Shown here: positions 25,575-38,059 of the stretch, one piece after another
Position numbering within the stretch: the stretch's first letter is position 1
How the letters are laid out: the number at the start of each line of letters is the position of its first letter
Program-made: the position numbers and the translations under genes
Notes under the pieces: generated by a model
The model's input: the letters and a program-made list of their open reading frames with translations, nothing else
Databases searched by the model: none
Told to the model about the DNA's origin: nothing
Source: Mobula hypostoma
Taxonomy: Eukaryota
NCBI RefSeq assembly: GCF_963921235.1
Contig: NC_086097.1
Location: 177,880,001 to 177,944,000, forward strand
Direction: 5' to 3'
Length of the DNA: 64,000 bases

Positions 25575-28040
25575 AGAGTCACGGAACACTACTGAACAAA
25601 AACAGGCCCTATAGTCTGTGCCAAACCTACCTGCTCCCATCGACCTGCACCTGGACCATAGCCCTCCATACACTTCCCATCCGTGTACCTATCCAAAGTT
25701 CTCAAGTGTTAAAATCAAACCCACATCAACCACTTGTGCTGGCAGCTCATTCCACACTCTCACCTCCCTCTGAGTGAAGAAGTTTCCCTTTGTGTTCTCA
25801 TTAAATATTTCAGCTTTCACCTTTAATCCATGACTTTAAGTTGTCGTCTCACCCAACCTCAGTGGAAACAACCCGCTTTCATTTACCCTATCTATATCCT
25901 TCACAAGTTTGTGTACCTCTATCAAATCTCCCGTCAATCTTCTCTGTTCTAAAGAATACATTCCTAACTTATTCAATCTTTCCCTATAACTCAGGTCTTC
26001 AAGTCCCAGCAATAACCTTGTAAATTTTCTTTGCACTTTTTCAATCTTATTTATATCTTTCCTGTAGGTAGGTGACCCAAACTACACACAGTACTTCAAA
26101 TTAGTCCTCACAGTCTTGTATAATTTCAACATAACATCCCAACTCCTATACTCAGTACGTTGAATTATGAAGGCCAATGTGCCAAAAGCTTTCTTTACAA
26201 CCCTATTTACCTGTGATGCCACATTCAAGGAATTATGGATCTATATACCCAGATCCCTCTGTTCTACCCACTCCTCAGTGCCCTACCGCTCACCATGTAA
26301 GACCTACAGTACCCTGATTGATCCTCCCAAAGTGCAGCACCTCACATCTATCTGCATTAATTTCCATCTGCCATCGTTCAGTCTATTTTTCCAGCTGGTC
26401 CAGACCATGATAGTCTTCCTCGCTGTCCACTCCCCCCAATCTTGGAGTCATCCACAAAATTGCTGATCCAGTTTACCACATTATCATCTGGATATTGATA
26501 TGGATGATAAAGTACAACGGACCCAGCACTGATCGCTGCAGCACACCACAAGTCATAGGCCTCCAGTCAGGGGGGCAATAATCTCCTACCCTTCTCTGGC
26601 TTCTCCCATGAAGCCAATGTCTAATGCAATTTACTACCTCATCTTGAATGCGAAGCAACTGAACATTCTTGACCAACCTCCCAAATGGACCTTGTCAAAG
26701 GACGTGCTAAAGTCCATGCAGACAACATCCACTGCCTTCCCTTCATCAACTTTCCTGGAAACATCTTCGGAAAACTTTATAAGGTTAGACATGACCTACC
26801 ACACACAAAGACATGTTGACTACCCCTAATCAGTCGCTGTCTATTGAAATACTCATTTATCCAGTCACTTAGAACACCTTCCAATAACTTCCCACTACAG
26901 ATGCTCGCAGTCCTATAATTTCCTGGCTATTAAACAACAGAACAACATTAGCTGCCCTCCAATACTCTGGCTTCTCATCCGTAGCTAAGGATGTTTTGAA
27001 TATCTCTGTTAGGGCCCCTGTAATTTCTGCAGTAGCCTCCCACAGGGTCTGAGGGAACACCTTGTCAAGCCCTGGGGATTTATCCACCCTAATTTGCTTC
27101 AAGACAGCAAACACCTCCTCCTCTGTTACCTGTGTAGGGTCCATGACCTCACTGCTGTTTTACCTCACTTCTATCGATTCTGTGTCCCTCTTCTGAGTAA
27201 ATACAGATCCAAAAAATCATTTAAGATCTCCCCTCTCTCTTTCCACTCTGTGCATAGATTACTAATCTGAGTTTTCAAAGGACCCATTTTGTTGCATGAT
27301 ATCCTTTTGCTGTTAACGTATCTGTAGAAGCCCTTGGGATTCACCTTCACCTTATCATGCAATGGCAACCTCATGCTGCCTTTTAGTCCTCCCGATTTCC
27401 TTAAGTCTTCTCTTGCATTTCATACACTCCTCAAGTACCTCATTTGTTCTGACCTGCCCGTACCTGCTATGCACCTCCATTTTCTTAATCAGGGGCTCAA
27501 TATCTCTTGAAAACAAAGGCTCCTCCAACCTGTTATCCTTGCATTTTATTCTGACAGCATCATATAAACTCTATACTCTCAAAACTTCACTTCTGGCGGC
27601 CTTTCCAAGTACACCTTAGCCAGAAAGCAATCTGTTCCAATCCAGACTTGCCGGATACTTTCTGATACCATAATAAGTGGCATCTCTCCAATTTCGAATC
27701 TCTACCCAAGGATCCTTTTCCATAATTACATTTTGTATCTGGTGATCATAATGCCATTAGGTTCAAAGTATCCCGTACACAAACTTCTGTCACCTATCCT
27801 GTCTCATTCCCTAATAGGAGATCTAGTATCTCACTTTCTCTAGTTGAGACTTCTATGTACAGATTAAGGAAACTTCCCTGAACACATTTGGCAAACTCTT
27901 TCCCAAACAGCCCTTTTGCAGTATGGAGTCCCAGTCAACATATGGAAAGTTAAAATAACCTACTATCAAAATCTTATGTTTCTTGCAAGAGTTCGCGCTC
28001 TCTCTACAAACTTACTCCTCTAAATCCTGAGTCTGTTGGT
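25575..28040 (-). mobile_element. CR1 LINE ORF2 (endonuclease C-terminus to 3' UTR), degenerate
   Basis: ORFs 27171-27374 (NPKGFYRYVNSKR), 26869-27144 (DKSPGLD..P..L.E, WRAANVV), 26473-26676 (SVLGPL), 25836-26036 (QRKFTRLL). Confidence 0.9.
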
Positions 28041-30400
28041 CAGAGTGAAACTGGGATAGGGGAAGGAAGGGGGAGGGAATTACCAGAAGTTAGAGAATTC
28101 AGTGTTCATACCAAGGGGCTGGAGACTACCTAGACGATATATGAGATGTTGCTCCTCCAACCTGAGTTTAGCCTCATCATGGCAGTAGAGGAGGCCATGT
28201 ATGGACATATCCAAATGGGAACGTGAAGCAGAGTTGAAGTGGGTGGCAACCGGGAGATCCTATCTGTTGCGGCGCACGGAGAGGAGGTGCTCAACGAAGC
28301 GGTCCCCCAATCTGTGTCGGGTTTCTCCGATGTAGGGGAGGCCGCACCGGGAGCACCAGATGCAATAGATGACCCCAACAGACTCCACAAGTGAAGTGTT
28401 GCCTCACCTGGAAGGAATGTTTGGGGCCCTGAATGGTGGCAAGAGAGGAGGTGTACTTCATACTTTATTGTCGCCGAACAATTTGTACTAGAACGTACAA
28501 TCATCACAGCGATATTTGACTCTGCGCTTCACACTCCCTGGATTACAAATATTAAATATCAAAGATATTAAAATAGTTAAAATTAGTAAATATTAAAAAT
28601 TTTAATTATATATCATAAATAGAAAATAGAAAAAAGTGTAGGGACAGGTGTAGCACTTGCGCTTACAGGGATAAGTGCCGGGTGGGAGATCTGTGGGGAG
28701 GGACGTGTGGATCAAGGAGATGCAGAGGGAACGATCCCTGTGGAAAGCAGAGTGGGGTGAAAAGGAAAAGATGTGGGCTTGTAGAAGATGTAAGTGGATA
28801 GTCTGTCTCCAGAGATGGAGACCGAGAGATCGAGAAAGGGGAGAGGTGTCTGAGATAGACCAAGTGAATTTGAGGGCTGGGTGGAAGTTTGAAGTAAAGC
28901 ATGGGAAACAATGTAGTCATCAATGTAGCGAAGGAAAAGTTGGGGAGCAGTACCAGAATAGGTTTGGAGCACAGACTGTTCCACATAACCAACGAAGATG
29001 TAGGCATAGCTGGGGCCCAGAGCTACACCCTTGGTCTGAAGAAAGTGGGAAGAGCCAAAAGAGAAGTTAAATGTGAGTACCAGTTCCGCCAACCGGAGGA
29101 GGGTGGTGGTGGTGGGTAACTGATAAGGAACCCACTGACTCTCATAACTACCTCGATCATACCTCTTTCCACCCCGCCACATGCAAAAATGTCATTCCCT
29201 ATTCCCAGTTCCTCCGTCTCCGCCGCATCTGCTCCCAGGATGAGGCTTTCCGTTCCAGGACATCTCAAATGTCCTCTTTCTTTAAGGATCGTGGTTTCCC
29301 TTCTGCTGTCATCAATGATGCCCTCGCCCACATCTCCTCCATTTCCCGCACTTTGGCCCTCACCCCATCCTCCAGCCACCACAACAGGGACAGAGTTCCC
29401 CTTGTCCTCACCTACCACCCCACCAGCCTCCGGATCCAGCGCATTATCCTCCGCAACTTCTGCCACCTTCAATAGGACCCCACCACTAAGCACATCTTTC
29501 CCTCTCCACCCCTCTCGGCTTTCCGCAGGGATCGTTCCCTCCACAACTCCCTTATCCGCATGTCCATCCCCACTGATCTCCCACCCAGCACTTATCCCTG
29601 TAAGCGTAAGTGCTACACCTGTCCCTACACCTCCTCTCTTGCCACCATTCAGGTCTCCAAAAGTCCTTCCAGGTGAGGCAAAACTTCATTTGAGAGTCTG
29701 TTGGGGTCACCTATTGCATCCGGTGCTCCCGATGCAGCCTCCCCTACATCGGAGAAACCTGACGCAGATTTGGGGACCGCTTCGTCAAGCACCTCCACTC
29801 CATCCGCCATGATAGACAGGATCTCCCGGTTGCCACCCACTTCAACTCTGCTTCATGTTCCCATTTGGATATGTCCCTACATGGCCTCCTCTACTGCCAT
29901 GATGAGGCTAAACTCAGGTTGGAGGAGCAACACCTCATATACCGTCTAGGTAGTCTCTCGCCCCTTGGTATGAACATTGAATTCTCCAACTTCCGGTAAT
30001 TTCCTCCCCCTCCCTTCCCCCATCCGTATGTCACTCTGCCCCCTCCCCCAGCTGCCTACCACCTCCCTCATGGTTCCGCCTCCTTCTACTACCCATTGTG
30101 CTTTCCCCTATTCCTTCTTCACCTTTCCTGCCTATCTCCTCCCTGCTTCCCCTTCCCCACTCCTTTATCTTTCCCCTGACTGGTTTTTCACCTGGAACCT
30201 ACCAGCCTTCTCCTTCCCACCCTCCCCCCACCTTCTTTATAGGGCCTCTGCCCCTTCCCTCTTCAGTCTTGATGAAGGGTTCCGGCCCAAAATGTTGACT
30301 GATCATTTCCACGGATGCTGCCCGACCTACTGTGTGCCTCCAACGTGTTGTGAGTGTTGCTTTGACCCCAGCATCTATCTGCAGAGTATTTTGTGTTTAC
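28041..30400. mobile_element. Penelope-like element with a large inverted duplication (minus arm 28041-29124, plus arm 29129-30400)
   Basis: RT (LRYIDD) on - at 28712-29182. GIY-YIG region present on both strands. pLTR with degenerate hammerhead at 30265-30300. Confidence 0.88.
28456..28635 (-). mobile_element. Rex1-type 3' tail inserted in the PLE
   Basis: gtgta duplicated at 28451-28455 and 28636-28640. Very similar to 32095-32245. Confidence 0.8.
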
Positions 30401-32094
30401 CTAACTTCTTTTTATTGGAACTTGCCATGTGGTTAATTATGTGCAATCCAATGTCTCCTCAGGAACTGTTGTGCGCAAAATATGCTGGCTGCCCCCGCTT
30501 GCTTCTTTAATACTCTGTCTCCCTCCACGCATTCCAATGTCTCCTTGAGAACTGTAGCACAAAAAATGTGTGTTCTAGTTTACACAATCTCTCTAACACA
30601 GCATAAACCCAGTTCCCACACTCCCTCTAACACACTGTCAACTCAGTTCCCATACTCCCACACTGAAAGATAGCAAGCTATTAAGAAGGGAAATTATATG
30701 TTATCCCTTACAGCAAGAGGATTTGAGTATAATAGAAAGCCGGAGGTAAATAAGCCTGAAATCTAGAGCAACAAACAATATGTTGGAGGAACACAGTGGG
30801 TCGAGAAATATCTTTTGGCGGGGGGAGAGGATCTATCGATGTTCTGGGTCATAACCCTGCGTAAAGGGTGTTGCAGGGATGTTGCCCTGAAACATTGACA
30901 ATTCCTTTGCCCCCACAGGTGCTGCTCGGCCTGCTGTGTTTTGTCACTAATGCTCATTGTTACTCCGCTCCTCATGCCGATCCTGTAGTTCTGCAATATG
31001 TCCAGAAGGTTTCCCGCTGCACACAAAAATAAATTCTCAATTTCCCTGTGGATATGCTGCCTTCAGTCTGCATGTCCTGAATTTAAACCATTCTGGGAAC
31101 ATTTTGTCTTCGCGAAAGAGCCCTGAACCATAATCATAGCCTCAAGACTGGATTATCCATTTAATCAACTCATTGGCATTTGTTTTTTTTTAAATTTCCA
31201 GTTCAAAATACTAATTTTAATTTGTGTATTTGAGGGGAAGATTACAATTCTGTATTTTGTTTTCTAAACTCCTGGCCTGCTAGATTTCCTTGATATCTGT
31301 GTTGTGGGATACAAGAATGTATTAAAGTTAGCTGGACTGGTATCCAAAGGCTTATCAACCTGAGATCTGGAACTCTTAAAGCCATCAAAACAGTTGAGCA
31401 AACTGTTTAAGTGAATCTGGAATAAAATTATCTAGAAATCTGTCCAATTCAGAAACATCTTCCAGAAGGAAGAGGATTAGCTTTATTTATCACATGTACA
31501 TTGTACAGTTTGTTTCGATGTTTCAGTGAAATGTATCGTTTTTGACAAGTCAATGTTGCATGCCCACTATTCACCAACTGTAGGTCTTTGGAATGTTGGA
31601 GGAAGCGGGGAGAATGTACAAAGTCCTTGTAGACAGGGGAGGAATTGAACCTCCATTGGAGATCTCTGGCACCATAAAGTGATGTACTAACCAGCATGCC
31701 ACCATTCTGCCCTAAAGTCATCCATCCTAACCCAATAGGTTTGACAGCAAGGGTGGGTCAAGAACTAAGCTGCTCTGAAATATCCAGGAGGTGGAGGTGG
31801 GGACTGGGGAGGGGCTAGCAGTGATGGTCAGGCCGATGATATCCACATCCTACGCAGGAATAAGAAAAGAAAACAAGGGACAAATGTCCAGAATCCACTA
31901 CAAACAAAAAAACAACTAAAATCTGTCCTTCACTAGATTAGAGGATGCCTCTATTGTTTTGGAATTGGAATTATTTTGTTATTGTCACATGTACAGAGGT
32001 ACAACTTAAAACTTACCTTACATACAGAACATGTAGATCAGTTCATTACACAGTGCATTCAGGATATACAAGGAAAAACAATAACAGAATGCAG

Positions 32095-32497
32095 ATACTT
32101 TATACTTTATTGTCACCAAACAATTGATACTAGAACATACAATCATCACAGCGATATTTGATTCTGCACTTCCCACTCCCTGGATTACAAATCGATAGTA
32201 AATATTAAAAATTTAAATTATAAATCATAAATAGAAAATAGAAAAATGGAAAGTAAGGTAGTGAAAAAAAACCAAGAGGCAGGTCCGGATATTTGGAGGG
32301 TACGGCCCAGATCTGGGTCAGGATCCGTTCATCAGTCTTATCACAGTTGGAAAGAAGCTGTCCCCAAATCTGGCCGTACACGTCTTCAAGCTCCTGAGCC
32401 TTCTCCCGAAGGGAAGAGGGACAAAAAGTGTGTTGGCTGGGTGGGTCGTGTCCTTGATTATCCTGGCAGCACTGCTCCGACAGCGTGCGGTGTAAAG
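32095..32497 (-). mobile_element. Young Rex1-type 3' fragment
   Basis: ORF 32318-32563 AARIIKDTTHP...RFGDSFFPTVIRL; CpG-rich. Confidence 0.8.
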
Positions 32498-32559
32498 TGT
32501 AACGGCTACAGAGAAAGTGTGGTGCAGGTAAACATTAAGGTACAAGATCGTAACAAGAT

Positions 32560-32868
32560 CCAAACCCTACATCGGTGGCCTGGATGGCTTTGAGGGTGGG
32601 AATTGGGGCCTCAGTGTGTTAAAGATCCTCATTCAGAGTTTGACCCAAATCATCATCTTTCGAGATGATGAGCAAGCTGTTGCCTATGTAGCTGGCACCC
32701 CCTCTCCAGACAGCTGATGAATCCAAAGGAAAGGCAGAGATCAATACAGTTTGGCACCAATCGCTTCGCAAGAATTGCAAATCAGCATTGAACTCAACAT
32801 GGGACTGCCCTAGGGACTTCAGTTTCAGATTTTCCTTCAGGGTTTGCACTGGATCTCTTCCCCATGAA
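32560..32868 (-). mobile_element. Fragment related to the RTE-like element at 38166 and 59660
   Basis: gaatccaaagg, tacagtttggcacc and cagattttccttcagggttt are shared with 59790-59930. Confidence 0.55.
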
Positions 32869-33069
32869 TCAGAATGTCCATTTAGAGATCGGATGGCAGA
32901 GGGGAAGAAGCTGTTCCTGAATCACTGAGTGTGTGCCTTCAGGCTTCTGTACCTCCTACCCGATGGTAACAATGAGAAGAGGGCATGTCCTGGATGTTGG
33001 GGCCATTAATGATGGACACCACTTCAGAAGGCATCACTCCTTGAAGATGTCTTGGATACTATGGAGCTG

Positions 33070-33898
33070 GATGAACTCAGCAGGTCGGGCAGCATCAGTT
33101 AGAAATGATGAGTCGACGTTTTGGGCTGGAACACTTCGTCAGGACTGAAGAATAAAAGATGTAAGTGCTGAAGTCCCTGTAAGCATAAGTGCTACACCTG
33201 TCCCTACACCTCCTCTCTTGCAACCATTCAGGGCCTCAAACAGTCCTTCCAGATGAGACAACACTTCACTTGTGAGTCTGTTGGGGTCATCTGTTGTATC
33301 CGGTGCTCCCGGTGCGGCCTCCTCAACATCGGTGAAACCCGACGCAGATTGGGGGACCACTTCATCGAGCACCTCCGCTCCGTCCGCCACAACAAACAGG
33401 ATCTCCCGGTAGCCACCCACTTCAATTCTACTTCCCATTCCCATTCCCATTCAGATATGTCCATACATGGCCTCCTCTACTGCCATGATGAGGCTAAACT
33501 CAGGTTGGAGGAGCAACACCTCATATACTGTCTAGGTAGTCTCAAGCCCCTTGGTATGAACATAGAATTCTTCAACTTCCGGTAGTTCCCTCCCCCTCCC
33601 ATCCCCTATCCCTATGTCACTCTGCCCCCTCCCCCAGCTCCCTCATGGTTCTGCCTCCTGCTTCTACTACCCATTGTTTTCAAGGGCTATGACGTCAATG
33701 CTTCCCCTTCCCCACCCCTTTGTCTTTCAACTGAAGCTACAACATTCTTCAAATCCTTCCCCATCTTTCATTCTTCAGTCCTGACGAAGGGTTCCGGCCC
33801 GAAACATCGTTTCTTACTGATGCTGCCAGACCTGCTGAGTTCATCCAGCGTACTGAAAGTGTTGCTTTGATCACAGCATCTGCAGATTATTTTGTGTT
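33070..33898 (+). mobile_element. Penelope-like element (GIY-YIG plus pLTR) with inverted pLTR at its 5' end
   Basis: ORF 33253-33585 CSRCGLLNIGET. TSD tactatggagctg/tactgtggagctg (33057-33069, 33899-33911). 33070-33160 is inverted relative to about 33760-33848. Confidence 0.9.
33777..33810 (+). ncRNA. Minimal hammerhead ribozyme motif
   Basis: agtc-CTGACGA-a-gggt tccg gccc-GAAAC-atc; 3' arm of stem I disrupted. Confidence 0.6.
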
Positions 33899-36779
33899 TA
33901 CTGTGGAGCTGCCTAATTTTACAAGTTTCTGCAACTTACTTCAATCTCGTACAGTAACCGCCCCCCCTCACCCCTCCCCCAACCAGACAGTGATGCAGCC
34001 TGTCAGAATGCTCTCCACAGTACACTTGTAGAAGTTTTCAAGTGTTTTAGTTGACAAACCAGATCCCCTCAAACTCCTACTGAAATATAGCCGTTGCCTT
34101 GTTTTCTTTATAACTGCATCGATATGTTGCAACCAGGTTAGGTCCTCAGAGACACTGACACCCAGGAACCTGAAACTGCTCACTCTCTCCACTTCTGATC
34201 CCTCTATAAGGATTGGTTGGCATTCCCTTGTCTTACCCTTCCTGAAGTCCACAATCAGTTCTTTGGCCTTGCTGATGTTGAGTGCCAGGCTGTTGATGCA
34301 ACACCACTCCACTAACTAGTATATCTCGCTCCTGCACACCCTTTCATCCCTATCTGAAATTCTGCCAACAATGGTTGAATCATCAGCAAATTTATAGACG
34401 GCATTTGCAGAGAGAGAAGAGCAGTGGGCTAAGCACACATCCCTGTGGTGCACCAGTGTTGATTGTCAGAGAGGTGGAGATGTTATTTTCAATCCGCACA
34501 GATTGTGGTCTTCTGGTCAGGAAGTTGAGGATCCAGTTGCAGAGGGAGGTACAGAGGCTCAGGTTCTGTTCTGTAGCTTTTTGATCAGCACTGTAGGAAT
34601 GATGGTGTTAAATGCTGAGCTATAGTCAATAAAGAGCATTCTGACATAGGTATTTCCACTGACCCGGTGATCCAACGCCGCTGGAGAGCCTTTGAGATCG
34701 CATCCACTGTAGACCTATTGTGGTGATAGGAAAATTGCAGTAGGCCCAGGTCCTTCCTGAGATAGGTGTTGATCTTAGCCATGAATTGAATTTATTTCTT
34801 ACATCCTTCACATACATGAGGAGTAAAAATCTTTGTTATGTCTTCCTCTAAATGTGCAACGTGCAATCATAATAATTTATAATAAATAGAACAGTCAATG
34901 TAACATAGAAATACACTCAAATCAGTGTGAGTTCATCAGTCTGATGGCCTGGTGGAAGAAGCTGTCTCAGAGCCTGTTGGTCCTGGCTTTTATGCCACGG
35001 TGCCGTTTCCCGGATGGTTGCAGCTGGAATACAGAGTGGTTGGGCTGACTCAGGTCCCCAATGATCCTTCGGGTCCTCTTCTCACACCTGTCTTTGTAAA
35101 TGTCCTGAATCATGGGAAGTTCACAACTACAGATGCACTGGGCTGTCCGCACCACTCTCTGCAGAATCCTGCGATTAAGGGAGCGACCTCTCAAAGCAAT
35201 TCATGAGTGGGTATAGCCATAATGTAACGGAGGTTTGAGATCAGGGTTTTCCTTCCCATAAATGAGCTACCAGCCACAGCTGACAAGCTAACAACCTTAA
35301 GGAACCAATGGACTCTTGACTTCACAATCTACGTTGTATGACCTTGTACCTTGCAGCCTGCACTGCACTTTCTTTGTAACTCTAACACTTTATTCTGTAC
35401 TCTGTTATTGCTTTTGTATCTGCTGTATGAATGCAAACAAAACAAAAGTTTTTCACTTTCCCCTGGGACTTGTGACAATGAAAAACTGACTTAACCATGT
35501 AGTGCGTTGGAAGCAGAAGAGACTGTAGACGCTGGAATCTGGTGCAAAAAAAAAATTGCTGGAGGAACTCACAGGTTGAGCAGCATCTGTAGGGGGAAGA
35601 GAATTGTCAATGTTTTGGGTCAAGGTCCTGATCCAGGACTGATAGTGGAGAGGGAAGATGGCCAGTATAAAGAGGAGAGGGAGAAGGCCTAGGAGGTGAT
35701 AGGTAGATTAAGGAGGTCTAAAGGGTAACTGGCAGAGGGAGGGGATGAGTGAAGCTGGAAAACAGAGTGGGCAATGAAAAAGATGCATCCTCCAACTGTA
35801 TTGAGACCACACATGTCATCTTGTTCATTACCTAGGAAAGGACGGATGAAGGGAGTGTAGTGGAGGTTAACCAGATGAGTTACAGAACTGGAGGGCCAGA
35901 GTGGTACTTTACAAGGAAAGATTAATCTATACACTCTTCAGTTGGGGGAGGGGGGAAGGAAAGATCATCAGATTAAAAACATAAAGAATTCTTAACAAGC
36001 TTGACAGGTTAAATGTAAGGATGTTTCCTCAAAGGTCATACATTCATGACCAAGAGGAGAAGAAATTTCTTCCCCTGGAAGGTGGTGAATCTTTAGAATT
36101 CTCTCTCCAGTTAGCGGTGGAGATTCATCACTGAGTGTATTCAAGAAAGGAATTGATAGATTTTTGGATACCCTGGGTATCAGTGCAAGAAGTTGGAACC
36201 TAGGTAAATGTGCATGTTAATAATCTGGGGAACAGGCTCGAGTGGACAAGCAGCTGACTCCTGTTTCAATTTCTAATGTTCTTATCTGAATGCCCAGCTA
36301 CATAATGTGACCATGGATCAGGTCAAATTTATAGCTCAGTGATGTATCATGGTAACAATGATATTGTTGGTTCAATTAGGCATCTATTGGCAATGTGCCG
36401 ATGTTAAGCCAATGTTTGCCTGTTAGTAGTAATAGAAGATAATGATTTGTCGGAATGGTACCACTTCATAGGAAGCAGGTATTGATCTTGGGTGTAGCAG
36501 AATTTGGTTTATCAGATGTTGATGGATGCTAGTGTTTGAATTACAAGTGGGGATTACTTGGGGTTGTAGTCCCTGGGTTAAGAAGGGCCACATAAACTTA
36601 ATGAATTTTCAAGAGAAACTGATACAGAAGGTTGAAGGAAATGATTCTTGGTTGTGGACACACCAAAACTGGAGAGCGATATTCTAACAACTAGAGACAA
36701 GCCATTTGGATATTTTTTCCAATTGCCTATCTAAAGTTATTATCAGTGTGTGTGAGTGTGTGAGAGAGAGAATGAGAAT

Positions 36780-37312
36780 ATATAGATGCTGGAATTTGGA
36801 ACAAATATAAACTGCTGGAGGAATTCAACATGTCAGGCAGCATCTGTAGGGGGAAATGGGCAATCAATGTTTCAGGTCAAGACCTTTCATCTGTATTGAA
36901 AGATAGTGTAGCCAGTAGAAAGAGATGAGATGCTTGGGGCGGGGGGTTGGTTGGAGAGCAAGAACTGGCCAACAGTAGTGGATCCTGGTGAGGAGGGGTG
37001 ATAGGCAGATGGGGGAGGGAGAGTGGGAATAGTGACAGAGGGTGGGAGGTGACAGGTGGGCGTGACAGAGGGCTGCAGATGGTGGAATCTGACAGGAGAG
37101 GAAGGTGGAGCATGGAACCAAATAAGGGAGATGGGGAGGACAGATGGGAACTGTGGGGGGGGGGGGGGATCCAGTGGGAGAAATGTGTGAGTGAAGGGCA
37201 GATGTGGTGGGTGGAGGAGAGGAAAGAGAAAGGGTGATGGAGGCTATGGGGGCAGAAAGAACTGAGTAGATCAGAGGAGAATGAAAAGAGATGTTGGAAC
37301 AGGTTACCTGAA
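36780..37312 (-). mobile_element. PLE pLTR fragment, older
   Basis: agatgctggaat...ctgctggaggaattca...gcagcatctg, purine-rich tract, ending ggttacctgaaa. Confidence 0.7.
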
Positions 37313-38059
37313 AGTATATACAATTATGGAAATATAGGTAGAGTTTTTCCCCCAGGACAGTCATGTTAAATACAAGAAAACATATGTTTAAGTGAAAGGG
37401 GAAAAGATTAAAGTAGATTTATGAGGCAAGATTTCTTTCACCTAGGGAGTCATTAGTGCCTGGAATACACTGTAGGTGTGGGTGTGGAAGCAAACACATT
37501 TAAAAGGTATTTAAATAGACACATGGACAGGGGATGGAGGGAGATGGGGTTAAACTGGAATGACATCGTGGTCAGTACAGATATTGTGGGCTGACTGGCC
37601 TGATCGTGTTCTATGTTCTAATCTCGTTCCAGAATGAAGTTGGGGAATTAGAATTCTCTGTAAATGATGACTGATGATAGGTTCATTGTTAAATTTAAAT
37701 CACGATTGATAGAGAGGATAAGGAAAAGTTATTATGTGGAATAGGTTATGAATTGATTCAATGGAAAAACATGCTGGAGGGCCAATTTGACTTTTCCTGC
37801 TCCTAAATATGTATAAACATTCATACATCAGTATTACCCAAATATTATAATGTGGTAAAACCCTCTTCACCACTACAAGAATCACTCTGATTACTGCACT
37901 AAAATGCTTCTTCTTTTAATTTCAGTTCTTTTTCTTGTAAAAATGGTGTAAAATTAGTTGTTCTTGTGAATATTGCTTATTTGTGTGCCTCTGATGCTGC
38001 TGCAGGTACTTTACTGCAACTGTACATACATTTACTTGTGCATGTGACAGTAAACTTGA

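Larger units (their letters stand above)
32870..35185 (-). mobile_element. Two adjacent Rex1/Babar fragments (32870-34781, interrupted by a PLE; 34783-35185)
   Basis: ORFs 33968-34312, 34585-34782 and 34967-35194 with Rex1 RT motifs. Confidence 0.85.

Noticed and set aside
30960..31030. Acceptor-like ttatttttgtgtgcag on the minus strand
   Set aside because: No convincing donor and no recognisable peptide.
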